This document shows, piece by piece, positions 14,226 to 29,362 of a stretch of DNA of 64,000 bases. The DNA comes from Azolla caroliniana. Taxonomy: Eukaryota > Plantae > Polypodiophyta. The stretch's first letter is position 1. The number at the start of each line of letters is the position of its first letter. Under the pieces are notes generated by a model. It did not search any database. It was not told where the DNA came from and saw only the letters and a program-made list of their open reading frames with translations. Position numbers and translations under genes: made by a program. The stretch covers positions 2,046,001 through 2,110,000 of the forward strand of contig JBHGNT010000016.1 in assembly GCA_043228905.1 (NCBI GenBank), written 5' to 3'.

Positions 14226-14922
14226 CGCAGGCAGGCCTACAGGCTACAGTAGTAGTAATGATACGCCCAAAAACGAATGAGAAAACGACGTTAATTAATA
14301 ATAAGTAGGCCCATTTTCAACCGATCTATTCCATTATTATTATATGTATATTTACAGTCTCTCTCTCTCGCCCTAATCCAACTTAATATGTACAGCAACC
14401 TACTAATACTATCAGAAGAATATATATATATATATATACGATAGATTTTTGTTTTTCTAAGGGGGGAGATGGATTAACTAACACAGAGCCGCTGGCTATG
14501 GCTACTGTAAAAATTTAGGTATGAGATTTTTTATATGTTGATGTTAAACAAGAGAACAATTAATAGAAGAAGGGGAGGGGGGAATAAGATGAATTTCTGC
14601 TTACAATTAATAAAAGTGCAGAGGAAGAAGAGGAGGAGGAGGAGGAGGATTTTAGGCCCAAGGAAATCTTAATGGAAGTAACGAGACACGCACGCGCACA
14701 CAAACAGCACAAAGACAATACATACATACAGAGGAGAGGAGCAGCAACAGTAGCAGCAGACCAAAACCCTAACCAAGTCTAACATCGTCACGTAAGGAAC
14801 TGATTAATAATAATCTTAGTTTCCTCGCTTCTCTTATGCTTCTCAAAGAATGATTTAGTTAGTGGTGGCTAACTGAATGGGAGTTTGGGGTGGGTAGGGT
14901 AGGAGAGTGTGAGGCTCGAGAT

Positions 14923-15002
14923 GGTTTGGTTTGGTTTGGTTTGGTTTGGTTTGGTTTGATTAGGACAAGCTCTCTCTCAGTTAGAGAGAGAGAGAGAGAG
15001 AG
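14923..15002. repeat. (GGTTT)n and (CT)/(AG)n microsatellites in the TEL 5' region
   Basis: Directly visible. A telobox-like AAACCCTAA also occurs at about 14765. Confidence 0.8.
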
Positions 15003-18000
15003 CCTTTTAAGTTAATAATAATAGCTAGCGTCGTCCCAGCAGCTAGACAGAGACAGAGACAGCGACAGAACGAGGAAGACCGAGAGTTTTCCTTCTTCTT
15101 CTTTTTTTAAAATTTCTTGGGGGTGTGTGTGAATGGGCGTCTGCTTGTCCGTCCGGACAGTCCCTCGTGTGAAACCTTCCATTTATTAAAAGCCTCCTCC
15201 TTTTTCTCGTTTTCTCGCATTTACACTTATGTATGTATTTTAGTTAGAAATTATTATATTTTCTATTTCTATTTTCTAGTTTCCATTTTTTTATTTCTAC
15301 TCTCTATTTATTTATTTATTTTTATTTACGATGCATTCAATAAATAAATAAATAAATAAAGAGCATTTTTTCCGAACTCCGAGGAGCGCGCGCGGAAAAG
15401 GAGGGCATTCATCTATCCTCATCATTTATCATTTCGTTTTCTTTTTTTTGTTTACTCATTTATTTGCTCGTTTTTTTCAGTCTTTATTAATGTATTTTTT
15501 ATTGCTTCTTCTTCTTTTTCGCAGTCGCTATGCCCCCCATAATTAGCATCATATGGGCTAAATTTGGACCAATTCGGGGAACGGGAGGGGAGCTCCTACA
15601 TGCCCTCTTTGGGTCTAAATTTGGACCCATTTGGAGCTTCAAGCCTCTTTTAGCCCATGATATTATGTATTATGTAAATGTATATTATACATATATATAT
15701 ATATATATGCATATGAACCTTTCACTATTTTAGATCTACCCCTTTTTTAGCTTCGGACATAATAAGCTTTGCGCCTTCTTCCTATTTGAGCCATCTCAAC
15801 ACTTGTTTGAGAAAGCTTGGTAAATCCTATACTTCTTAAAATATATGTTATGCAATGCCTTGCATAGTACATGGATCCACCCTTCTCCGCCCCCAATAAC
15901 AATGCCTTTCATAGGTTAATAGGAAACAAGCAAAATGTATGCTCTCCTTGGCTAGCACGGTGTTTTTTGTCACTTCAATTGTTGCAAGAATTCTAAACTA
16001 GGCCATGCTCGCGCGGAGGGGGATAGCGAACAAACCACCTATCGGCTCTTCTCCCATCCTATCATAAATTGTCGAGTCATTGTTTCATTTCTATCAACAT
16101 TCAAGCATGAATCCAACTCCCAAATGCCGCATCCATCTTTCATTTACGTCTGGATCATGTATTAATTCAGCCTTACTATGGTTTTTAACATTGATGTGTG
16201 GATACGGACAACTTACAATCATAGTCATGATCAAATTTGCCTTCATAAAATTCATTGTTAACAAGTTGAAGATTGGAGCTTGACAAATAATGAATATAGT
16301 TGAATCATAATGACCACAGTCAAATGCCACCCAAGACATAGAAACAAATTTATGAAACTTTACGTGAAGCTTTCAGGACCAACATTCCTACAAGGACGAT
16401 TCTTTCGTGCCTTTAGAGCTTCTAGAATTAAATGAACATCGCAATATAACATGGTGTGATGAGACAAATTCGTATTGTTTTTCCTTCCATTTCGCGCACA
16501 ATTTGGACATTCTAATATAAGAGTTGCCCTTCTCGGTCTAACCACTATATAAGAAGGCATTCCATAACTCTTCCTCGCAATGTACAACATGTTGTCATGA
16601 TGTTCATTAGAGAATGTTTAGTTGGGTAATGCATACCAATAGTAATTATCTCAGTAAATCTTCCTTAGGATTTAAAGTAGCACCATAGATATTTTGTTTT
16701 AATGAACTTAATTACATCTTGAATGATGTCCTTCCTTTAATTCACAAACCCTCTTGCATTTATATGGTCCTTCTCTTACAAACTATGCCTCGAACAATGT
16801 TACCAACTACAAAAACAAATGTAATGGTGGAACAAATTTGAGTTATTTAAAAATGTTGACAATAATTTATATTTATCCTTTTGTGGAACTTATCCACCCG
16901 CCCTTGAATGAAGAACATGAGTTAACCTCATGGATGTAACAAACAAGCATCAATATATATAGATAACACTATAGACGACAATTTGAAGCTTTTCAATTGT
17001 TTATCAACGAGTTCTTTCTTAAGTTGTAGAGTTGCTTCCTCAAAACACAGACTTCATGTGAGACATAACGAAACAAGGAAACCTATGTTGTATCACCTCC
17101 CCAATTTTGTTTCTAAATGAGCCTTTCCACAATGATTCACAAAACTACATTTTGGGAAGAAACACATTTCCTTCCTCAATACACGTTCACATAACTCCGG
17201 AGCACAATTGCTAGCAAGGACAATGCATGTTTTCGCTTCTTAAGGCAAACCAAATTTCTCCCGGGTAAAAACTTGCCAAATTACAAAGAAAAAAAACACT
17301 CCTTCGCTTTTAATTTCCTTAAATTGGCATTGACCAATTGACCCACCAAACTCATGGTACTACAATTCACATCAAACCTTTTGGAATGAGCAAGCTAAAA
17401 AGCCTTGGGGGAGTTAACATACTCAGGATTTGAGTATACGATGTCAACGTCGATAAAACTCTCGAATCTTGAGTGAAGAATAACAAGATGGCCCCATAAT
17501 TGTGACACGACAGGGTTGAAAGAATAAAAAGCTAACTCAAACAAACGTTATGATGGGGTAGAAAGAACATTCCCATTATTACTACTATTATCAACGGTAC
17601 TGAATTATGGAAAGTGCATCGAAGCAACATAATGTGCATTACAAAAAAAGGCTAATGAAACTAACATTGTGAGCAAAAAGGTATGCACTTGCTATAACAC
17701 TCTATTGAAGTCATTGAATTCTGACCACCAATCATCTTCAAGGTGTTTGGATGCATGCTTAACATATCTTCATTTATGAATTTCAAAAAATGTCCTTCTT
17801 CTGTTGTATTACTACTACTGCTATTATTATTATTTATCCATTATACGATATTAATTTGTCATTCTCGAGGAGTGTAAGGTCCTATTCTTTTAATTTAGGA
17901 ACTATGAAAATTACTAGTAACACCACAAAACTATAAGATTGGTCTACAAGTATTTAGGCATTACATTTTCCTACCTGCATGAAGATATCTGAGAATTTGT

Positions 18001-21000
18001 ATTTCACTTGACATGATTTGTAACTTGCAAAGGAAAGATGTCACAATACTATACACTAGACAAATGACATTGATTACAGATAATAATATAAAACGAGGAA
18101 ATTTTAGTAGTTATTCACCTAATGGGTTTTGTTCAGTTTGGTCAATCATCACCAAAAACTTTTTCAAAGCAATTTCTAGGGCAAAAGGTGAAGTTATTCG
18201 AGCATATGTTGTTATTGATGTCAACATCTATATAATCGAGTATGAATCAGCTTTTAGCAAGGCCATCTCATGAACCATCTTTTCTTAGTTTATGCTATGT
18301 TTGTGTCTTATGGGCCAACGCATAATGTGTATAATTCATATGAGGTTCATTGCGAGGAAGGGTGAGCTAAAGTCATGTAGCACAAGGGGACGCAAGGGGG
18401 ATCATGATAAGCAATGTCGGAGTGCTACCAAGAGTGTGTAGAGTTACATTGTTTTAGATGAATCGATTAAAGCATTTCTCATCTAAATTATTATCAAGTG
18501 AATGTGTGGGTTCTCCAGGGTTGTTTAAGGTGTACTTTATAGAGTAGAAGTAGGACTTAATGAAAGGGAGTATTTGCAAGTGTAGAAAGTTAGATCTATG
18601 ATTGGGTGGACACATAAAAACATAGGAATAGAGATGGATGAATGATTATGGGTTGGATACCATTTGGTAATTTGGCCCGTTCTCTCTACTTTATGAGCCA
18701 TTCCTTCTAATCTTGCAGAAAACATCAACGTCAATAGGCCCTGTAGCCAATTTTCTTGGTAAAAAACAAAGCTTCATCTTTTTCTTGTTCTCCTCTTTTG
18801 AATATCCATAGTATCTATGTAATGATTTTCATTGTTCTACATTTGAGATGCCTTTTCAAGCATTAAATGGGCCTTCAGAATCATGTTGTACGCAAATAAT
18901 ATTGTGCCGTGTCCCTATTCTTCTTTTATTTCTTTTCGTCAAGACTTCAACAAGGTTTCGATCTCACAATTCCCATCCCAAGGGATTGTTCAAGTAATAT
19001 ACATAGCCCCAAGGGATTGTTCCTTATGGATCCATGTTTGCATTTATATCTCCAACAACTGCATTTCTCTCTCTTTTGTACTATAATTACATTAATTTAT
19101 CTTGGATTAAGGATAATAAAATATTTAACTAGCAAGATTCTACATGGAAGAAGTGTTAATCAATGTTCAATTAACCTTCTACCTTGATTAGCTGAGTAAT
19201 TGCAAATAGATTTTCACTAATTTTGTCCTTCGTTGAATAGAGATTCCTTAGAAAACTAATGGAAGGATATTTAATTTAAAAAAGAAAAAAGGGTTCATAT
19301 TTAAGATGGGTTTGCATTGGAACCATTTATATGTCATATATTGGTCACATAATTAGAGTTTATTAAATACAATTGAGCTAGAGACAAATGCTTGATTGAT
19401 AATATACACATTTTAATGGTTCAAGCTAAATGTTAAGATGAGAACCTCTTTATATAGGCTCGCGACAAGGAGAATGTGCCATATAAACACTCAATGCACC
19501 ATCAATTCATTTTATCATGCATTAGCTTGTACTCCACTAGTGTTTGGAAGGTTCCTTTTTAATTCCCTTTTAACTATATTTAAGGAGGCCCATAAGGGGA
19601 GTTTCACATAAAAATCATATGTAAAGTGTATCCCATCATCGTAGACAAACCCTTATGCTCGATTAACAAAGTCTTTATATTAACAAAACCACTTATATGA
19701 ACAACTTCTTCCTCAATTTCCTTTGTTTCATCACCTCATCAGAGGTTGAAGTGTGCATGGTTCTGTCCCTCCAAGATTCAGGTTTTATGTAATACATAGC
19801 CTTGGGTTTTTCCTACATTTTAGCATCTATGTTTTCCTGCAACCATGTGTTCTAGATTTACACTCACCCTCAAGATATCTCGACAACTAAATATTTATGG
19901 CAAGAGAGATCTTGAAAGCTATATGATGAGCAAAACAACTAGGTTGAGATTTGGCATTTCAAGAAGTTACAAAATTCTTTGGTATAAGATATATGGTTTG
20001 CCCGATTGCGAATTCATTTGATTTTTCACTTGAAGTTTGATTGAATATTTGTAGGAAAGAGGTACATATTGCTAAAATATAAACAAATAATGTATACTAA
20101 AAGTATATTTTCAAGCATGAGTGGATGTCAAATAGAGTTATGACTCGTGAGAGAACGGGGAATAACATGGTGGCACAATGTGTTATAGATTTCGATTTAT
20201 GTGTTTATTTAGAGGGCCATGACTAAGGGTTTACCCCTAAGAGACAGACACCCTTAAATGAGTGAATGGGAGAGAGGGTTATAGGAGATAGGGGAATAAT
20301 AAAGACCATAACATGGTGTGGTCGAGATGCGTTGACATGCTTGCCTTCCATTTACAACCAAGGCTTTATAGAGTTATGATTAGGGGTTTATATCTAGGAG
20401 ACGCCTCAAGCAAACACAATATATGGCGTTGGAATGCTTTTCTTCTGGCCGATGGTAAGATATATACGGACACATACTTTTGCAATGTGGGTTTTTCTGT
20501 ATCTTGGGGTTTCGAAACTCCCTCTCCCCATTCCAACGCGTATCCTCTCCCTAGAAGGCAACAAGTTTGGTGGTATGCAATGTTTGGTGCATGCATGTGT
20601 AAAAACGCCTTTGTGTGTTTGAGGCACATAGATAGAGGGGTGTGCAGATACATAGAGCATGCAACTGAAAGGTACTCTGCTCTGGCAACTCTCGTGGGGA
20701 TGGTTATATTGTGCGAGGAGATCCATTTATAGGGAGCCCAATGAGATATCGCCACATTCTCCATTCCGTGTGGGCCTTCTTTCTGCATTGCCAAGGCTTC
20801 TTAACAAGTCTGCTCTACATGATTTTTTGTTCTTCCGACTCCCGAGTGTGCTATCTGTGCACCATCCATCCATCCATCCATCCATCCATCCAGGAAGAGT
20901 GTTGTCCGGCATTTGGGACGCCTGAGTCGGGTATGTGCCAAGGATTTTTTGTTACACTGAAGAAAGGCTGGGCCATTTTGGTAAATCTTTCATACTTCTT

Positions 21001-21065
21001 TTATGTCCCTTTTCTTCCTCTTGACATGTTCTCAAATTCTATCTTGTATGATCTTTGGGCTGACC

Positions 21066-24000
21066 ATGGCCATGGCTGCGATGTTGCTTCTGCTTGCCTC
21101 CCTCTCTGCTTCAATCTGTGAACCTCAGATAGCCTCGGATATTTCCTTGAAAAAGAAAGAACTAGAAGATGAGCTCCAAGGACTTCAGGAACTCCTTCTT
21201 TCTTTCGGTAAACAACTTCGCTTCTTTCTTTAGCTGTATAATTCTGTTCCTCTCTTTCTGTTAAACAAATATCTTTAGAATGCTCCCTTTCTTTTGTGTT
21301 TTAGCTAAATAAACAATTACAATTTAACTGCCAATTTCTTTACGTTAACAAAATCTCTTGCATTCTTTGTTTTTGTAAGTCAACTCTCTTAATTTCCTTT
21401 CGTCTGTAAATAAAATTTTCGTACATTCTTTCTTTTGGTAAATAAAATATTGTTAGCTTATTTGAAAAGGAAACTCCTTTAATTTCTTTCTTTGAGAAGA
21501 AAATCTAATTTCTTTCTTAAGCTAAACATTGCTTCTTTGTTGCACCATGATGAGGATTTGTCTCATTACCTATGTACACTGGGCATCCCTTCACTCTCGG
21601 TAGAAATGTGTTAAAATAGATGAAGACAGTGATTCTTCATATATTTCCATTTATGCCGATTGCTTGTGAGTTGCATGAGTTAAATCATGTATAAAAAGTT
21701 GTATAAATTCAATATAGTCTATACTTGATCCAATGCAATGAACATTTTGATGTCTTTCTTTATCAATCATCTAAAGTTCAAGTTTTTTGTAATGACGAGC
21801 ATATGCTTATTCTTTATGATATGATCTTGGCATGACAAGGATTTTTGGCTCTAATCCATCACCCAAAAGATTTTGTACAACATCATGTCAGATGGACTTC
21901 AACGTTTTAAGATTGATATGTAAAAAGAATTAGCCTATCCTTAGGTGTAATCGTATTTAAATTATGGTCGTGGTTAAGAAATAGGAGAGTGAGTGTTGAT
22001 TACATTATGTTTGTTTTCCCTCCTAAACAAATTCTCTTTCCTTTAAGATAGAATCAACAAGAACCTTTAGAAATTTTCAGACGACCAGACTATCTATGGT
22101 TTTTAGATTTGATTCATGCGGTAGGTCACCTTGACATTAATGTTATAACATATATTTTAAATGGTGTTTTTACATTGGCTAATCAATAACTGATTGCTTT
22201 TGTTTTTTCTTTTGTATGCTGTTTTTGTCTTTAGAGAATAGTGTGGGAGAAAAGAATATGTATGCACATGAAAGAGACAAAAAGATACTATCTCTTCAGA
22301 AGGAGATACAAGAATTAAAGGTAGCAATGTCTGCCTTTACTGTTGTCGATATGTATCACTATTTCACTATCGCAAAAAAATAAAAGCATCAACGGTTACT
22401 GTAGAAGTATTTTAGGCCACACTATAGTAACTGTTTTAATTTAAGAATTACAAATCAAGGAAATACTGATGATGAACCTCAAAATTGGTTTTTAATTTAT
22501 TTACAAACAAGCTATATATCATATCTGTGATGAGAAACAATTATGTCTATTCTATATATTTGTAGAAATGCTTTTTTGTCATAGTTCATGTTGGTGTTTT
22601 GTTCATAATATTATTCGATAACATATCTGCGTCTTAGATGTATATAAAGAGAGAGATGCATTACATATTATAGTATCCTGTTTGATTGACCAGTCATTGC
22701 TTCTTGCATATTCATGATATACCATGTGTTATTAAATTTTAACCCTACACTGCCAAAGCAGCTTAGGGGGAAAAATCCGACAAATGCCTACCCTTGATCA
22801 GCCTCTGAAAGAATAATTATATGTGCTATTTGAGCAATTCTATGTCCGATTCATGCCTCTGTTAAGCAAGGGTGTTTGGGGAACGGATGAAACTCAGGTC
22901 CATTTAGGGAAATGAAAAAACTCAGGGGTATTTTAGAGTTTCTCTCTAAACTAAAAGAATGATTGTTAGAAGGAAGAACTGTCCTCACTTTAGCCACCCG
23001 AACTCTTTCAAATACAGGTTTTGTATGTCTCATAGAATTAGGCCATACAATAGATTCTGATGGATCTTATTTAGTCCACTTAATATAATTACTGTTTTGG
23101 GAATGAAAGAAGAACTTATCTTACATTTTTGTGCCAACAAAGATATTCTTGATCATGAAATTGAATTGAAGAATTCATCAAGTCAATGACTGGGTCAGCA
23201 TTACCATGGAATATTTATCTCTCACTGCAAAACACAGTTTCAAGCTTAAATATTTCACTTCACAACAATATCGTAGTGAAATGTCTAAATAAAATATGTA
23301 TGTATGTATGGATAAACATATAAGAGATCATTGAAAGACACGATAGTTTGTTCTGAAACATTGTCACAATGCATAGATTGTATTGGAGGTTTCACCATTT
23401 TGGTGAAGTGATTCAGCGATTTTATGTTTCCGTTTCCCCAGAACATGTTTCATGAGACTGAATACAATGAATGTATACTTTTGATTTGGAAATAATCTGG
23501 ATTATCCAAGTAACTCAAAGTTTCACCTACAAAATCAGCTGAAATTTGTGCTGCATGGTAACATGCCAACAACATTCAAATTACAGAGGAAAACTAGAGG
23601 CTTTGTCGAATTGTTTGATGGGAATGAGTAGGGATTAACCTATGCAGCCACAGACGGATTTGTAATGACACAAATTATTAGCAATAATCATCACTAATGA
23701 ATATCAGAGAATAGAAAATCAAATAGAAAGCCAATTTAGATTTTATCTAACTTGATGAAGCTTATGGTACTGAGAAATGCAACGAGAATCTGATCATGAG
23801 CCGTTGCAGGTTGATGACTAGAGAATAGCTCTGTACTTTCTACTTGCATCTGGTTTACCTTCTTGTCTGTTTTTTATTCTGCCATAATTGCTGAACTAAG
23901 TGTTTTTTATGAGTGCATGGTAATAATGCTGTAGTTGTGAAATCTCTCTTTAGGTAGTGTCTTGATACAGTGATAAATACTTATGTTTTGTTTATTCTAA

Positions 24001-27000
24001 AACTTTAAATGAAGATTGCTGATGTAACTTCACATTCATAATTTGATTGGGTTTCTAGGTACACAACAAAGAGAGGCTGATGAGCTACAAAGCAAAGATA
24101 GCCAAAGAACAAGCAATGGTAATTTGCAAAGCATTACCATCTTTATGTAAAGTTTTGTAAATTTTTATTTCATTAATGAATTTAGTGTGCATGCAAATCA
24201 TGTGAGCTTTTCATTCATTTGGAGTGTATGGTAATTATGTTGTATGTTTTCATTACATGCAAAATATGTGGCCTGAGCTCAGAAGAGATTAGCATAATTA
24301 TCCATAAAGAACTTATTGCATTTTAGTTAAAATAAATTTTTGAACATATCTTACATGTAGTGAGGATATTTTTCTTCTTCTTGTAAATAATAATAGTTTC
24401 ATGATATTCATCCCGAGAATATTTCTGATGTCCTTTCAGAATTTGGCAATGTAAAAAAGGATCATGTCTTCAGATCTCCAGATAAAAAATGAGCCATGTT
24501 CTGGAGTACAGAAAACAAAAAACAAAAAACACACATTCTAGTATGGTGCTACTGACTGTCTAATAGATTAAGTAAAAGACTCTATTGTCATGTTTAAAAT
24601 GAGGGACTGCATCTGATTTTGATTAGGCTGTTGGATTATGGAGTTCAATCTAGTAAACATTATAAAGTCTTCATAACTAATATGGCATGAAAACTGTACC
24701 ATCATTGCAATTCATAGACTGACCCTTTCTTAGTGTATTTGAACGATTTGATTTTATGCTATATGGGTTTAATTTCATCATCAGAGTGTAAAGTCCTCTT
24801 TAGTTATCTGGTATTACAGGCTGAAAACCTTGAAGAGATTTTGGAAAGGAAAATTGGAGAAAGAGATGACTTGAAAAGACACATCGAGGTTTTGGAAAAT
24901 TCTCAGGAACAGCAGATATATGAGGTTGAACAAGTAGGTTCGTATCAGATCATCCTGTATGTTAAAATTCTGCATTTTATTGTGAAATTTTTTACATTGT
25001 TCTTTGATTTCTAACCTGCTTTACAGATAGGACATATTAATTATAGTCATACATACTACTTCCTCAATTCAAATTCGATTTTAGCCAATCTCCTCATTAT
25101 TTCTCTCACCCATGCTTAGCAGGAAATTAAAAGAGCACATCTGTGGCTGCTTCTGTGCATCCTTCAGTCAGGAGATGTGTATATAAAAATTTATAGGTTT
25201 CATTGAGATTCATTGAGATGTTCTGTTCTCTATATTTGATTGTGTTATTTTTATTTGTGACCTTCCTCTTTTCTTTTCTCCATTCTTTATGCATTCTGTA
25301 TTTGAGAGAACCCAAGTTCGATCCCTGCTATGGACTTGACCCCATCCCTTAGATCGCAGTTGGTCTCCTAAAAACATTTCCATCTATCCCCTCTCGTTTG
25401 TTCTATGAAGATTTATAAATATTCAGATATACTATGCAATGTTCAAAATAACTATTACGCTTACAGCAGAGATGTTTTTCTGTGGATTCTACAATGAAAA
25501 GAGCTTTTCTTGTTTAAGGATAATGGCTAAATTGAATTTTCGATTTGTTTTATGCCAGTTAGAACAAACATCAGAAAATCAGAGAAGAAACTTGGCTGAG
25601 ATTCAGAAAATACTTCATGTAACTGAGGTGAGACATCGTTTATGAAAGGTAAATAAACATGTAATTCAGTGGGATGTTGTTGTTTTTGGATGCTGTTCGA
25701 ATGATTGTCTTCTATTGCAGGAATCTGTGATTAATTTGCAATCTTATCTGAAGTCAAAGACTGAAGAACTTGACAAGGTTGTCTACCCATTTATATATCC
25801 TGATAAGAAATTGTGATTAATATGAGTGTAATTCATTTAGTGATTTTCCATCTGAAAATGCTCAATCATAACATTCTATCATTTGATGTTATGTTTTTAA
25901 AGCATAATCACAAGGGATCTACTGTTCTTGAATCCAGCACTTTCGCAGAACTCTTCATGATCAATATGATTATAATTTTGGTTTCATTCGGTGACTTTCT
26001 GTCTGAAAACAATCAATCATAGCATTCTGTCTTTTGCTATGTGTTTAAAGTTTAAACATTAGATGTTGTACAATTCTTGAATCTGAATTTTCATAGAGCA
26101 CTTCATGATTCTGCACTTTGAAATGGCTTAGTTTTTTGTTAAGCCAACTTATTGATGAAGAATGTTGTGAGATGATTCACTGTATATCCTGAAGCTTTTC
26201 ACATTGACCATTTCATCACTTGACAGGGAAAGCATTTTCAAGTACCGTGGACTGTATAATACGAGTCAGTACTTGCTTATAAGAACTATATGTTTTATGC
26301 TTAAGTGGTACTATGGTTTGCAATGCTTCAATAATTCCTGTTAACTGATATCATGCATATCTGAGCTTGGCTGCTGATATCCATTTAATGCTTTTTCTTT
26401 TATAGCACCGTTTTTCTTTTTTATTACCAGTGTCTGCCTATTCCACTTTTAATATCATTGCTTAGTTCTTTTTATACCATTAGTATGTGTCTGTTGACTC
26501 TCTGAGAAGATCTCTTCTGAAATATAAACCTCATTTTTTGGCTTAGAAAAATGGATAGATTAAACTTGCAGTTCATCTTATAGTGAAATTTCTTTTTGCT
26601 AGCAGGCCTATGAACAATGGGTTTCATCATTGGCTATCAAATGTTGTACATTCTTCTTGCAGGTGATGTTTCTTTCCAAAATTCATCCATGTGGACACTT
26701 TATAACTAATGGAAAATTTATCTTTTCCAACTCGATCAAATATTCGTTAACATTGTTAACATGGTGCAATCAGAATATTGAAGATCTTTGGATATATGCA
26801 CTAAAGAAGGGGAAACATGGAATTCTAATTGTGTCCGAATTCCCAGAAATATTAAAGAGCAAGGGAGTAAAACTTGCTGTCGTTCACTGGAATGAAGGTC
26901 AAAGTGCTTTAAAGAATAAGTTAAAAGCTGCAATTGAGTTAAGCAGACCTTATATAAATGTGAATGTTTCATTTCTGCAACCCTATGTTCATGAATTTGG

Positions 27001-28046
27001 AGTTTATTCAAAGCCTTTTGCAAGGAGATTAACTCAACATTACGGTGAAGTGCTTAAATCAGCAGTATTATATCATCGGAAGGTACTATCTCAATGTTTG
27101 AAGAGATTTAAGTAATGCTAAGTTGGAAGGAAAATATGTAAGTTAAAATAAACATTATGAACATGCATTTAATGCACATATCTCAGCTTCAGCGCAACAT
27201 ATGGACAATATTGAAGAGGAATAAATATTTGGCAGCATTTGCAGCAAGCAAACTGATTATTTGGCTTTTGGTAAAAATGCTCTTTTAACTTGATGCATTT
27301 TGAAATAGATTCTGTTCTAAAAGACTCAAGTAAGGGTTACATTGATGGTTTCCATTATCTGTGCTAGGCTACAGGGTTGTTACTTTTTCCTCTTTATGGA
27401 GCCTTTCAGCTTGTTTCTTTTTATGGGTGAGTATAGACACTCTTTCATGATCGATGTCCTTTTTCTTTCTGTTTTATAGCTATCAAAGTTGTACTTATAT
27501 TGCATACACCTTTCCAATCTGGAATAAATGTGTAAGAATGCGATTGCCTCTATCATTGGTTCCTTAGTCTAGTGGGGTGTGACACGTATTTAATGCTCTT
27601 TTTAGAGCTGTAGAGGGAATATAAATTTTTTCTATTACATGATCAACTATGTATTATTTGATTCCATAGTCCATTTGCATATTCATATTTGCTCCAAAAG
27701 ATTTATCTGAAGATCTTCAAAATGAGAGTTCTGGATAAACCAATTATGTTTCAATAACGTAAAATTGGCATGATTATTATTTTTCTATTTATCAGCTGTT
27801 CCAACTCTAATAGAGTGAGAACAGCTTAGTGCTGAAAAACATCTTAGGTGTGTGAAGATGGCTAATCATAAGCATTGGTGTGACCGTGGGAATCTCCTAG
27901 TATGATGAGAAACTATTGTGAATGCCCACTATCTATATAAGTTTTCTTTACATATTTATATCAGGAAACTACCTATTAATGTTTTTATTTTCATATTTTG
28001 CAGTTTAAGAAGAGGAACTTTTCGCACTCAGAGACCTGCAAGATAG
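21066..28046 (+). CDS. Signal peptide + coiled-coil + C-terminal TM protein; resembles the plant 'myosin heavy chain-like/DNA repair ATPase-related' family of unknown function
   Basis: Exons 21066..21207, 22235..22320, 24059..24118, 24820..24933, 25559..25627, 25721..25777, 26606..26662, 26774..27082, 27187..27270, 27368..27426, 28004..28046. All introns are GT-AG and frame-consistent. It has a hydrophobic N-terminus (MAMAAMLLLLASLSASIC), heptad-rich exons, 'SRPYINVNVSFLQPYV', 'YHRKLQ...KLIIWLLATGLLLFPLYGAF' and a basic tail. The family assignment is from recalled motif similarity only. Confidence 0.75.
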
Positions 28047-29362
28047 TAAAAAAGCGACTAATGTATATCATACATAATTTGTTTGGGAAATGAGTATGGA
28101 ATCACAAGAAGGTTCCTTTGTAATAATCTAGTCTGAAATATTATGTTTGTGTGTTATTAATAAGATCATTTTTAATTATGGCTAAACAAAGGTAGTAAAT
28201 GGATAGTATCAAGAATTGTGGAGTTTCTCTGGAAAGCTAATTGTTTCTTATTGTGGATTATCTTGGTTTCCTCAACATTGAGAGCGTGCTCTTGTCTTTT
28301 CTTGACATCCTTTTGATAAGATATGCTTTTCTAGTATGATAAGGCTCTAATAAAGTATTTGTAGTAAGGTATTTGGTTACAACGGTAAAAAAGGGATCCC
28401 CATGAATTGTGGTACAATGCATGAATTCATATGTCCATGCTAAGGGATTTGCCATTTCGTTAAGCTTGGCTCAGACATCAAACTTGCATGCACATATACA
28501 ACATTGTAAATTCTTAGGTCCAAGAGTATGTATCTTTTAGGACATATGGAACAGCGTTCATTGACCGTTATTGAGTTGGTCTTGTTGAACTCAGACTGTG
28601 AAGTAGTGGTTCGATTTGTTAGTACATTTAGTCTACATAAAAAATATAGGTGGGTGTGCAGAAAGCTCATTTTTTCCTTGTAACACATTGTAGAAAAAAA
28701 AAAATATTGTAACCTTAAATCAACTTCTGTGATGGGATTACCTCATTCAAGGGTGGCTTTAGATGATTAATAATGCATAAATGGTTTTACTAGCCCAATA
28801 AATAGTTGACAACCCAATGATGTAATAGGCAAAAAGTTCATTGCAAGGGGGTAAAACAACAAGGGATGCAATGTAGTGTGAAGGCAAAACTTGGGGTCAT
28901 CATGAGGTTGGGAATGGTGGTGGATTCACATCCTTGCTTTGGTGGACAAGGGACACTGCTCATACAAACCTATAAGTCATTGAGTCAGCAGAGTGATGAC
29001 TCTTGACACATCGAACAATATCAAAACAAATCTGCTTTGACAAACCTTCTGAATATATTACCAATGTACATGTAATATACATAAAAAATTCTCCTTTTTA
29101 TAATCTGAAATGATTTCTGACCTTTGAGATGTACTACTTAAAGTCCATGCAACATAGAAATTTCTCCTTTAAAATTTAAATGATATGAAAGGGCTTCTTA
29201 TACCCAATGCAAAATTATGCCCTCTTGTGATAGTTATGACAAATCTTTTCCAGCTAGGCATTATGCTTACCTATATACATGGGTATGAGAAAAATACAAA
29301 AGATGAATACATCTACAATCTCATTGACATATGACAATGGCTTGGCATATTTCATGTTTGCT

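Noticed and set aside
16000-20300. Possible decayed TE coding remnants between TEL and the coiled-coil gene
   Set aside because: No diagnostic motif, terminus or TSD could be identified by eye. A translated search against TE databases is needed.
20313-21121. Cluster of overlapping 90-140 aa ORFs on both strands
   Set aside because: There are no recognisable domains or supporting splice structure, and part of it is a (CATC)n repeat. It is probably the promoter or 5' UTR of the gene starting at 21066.
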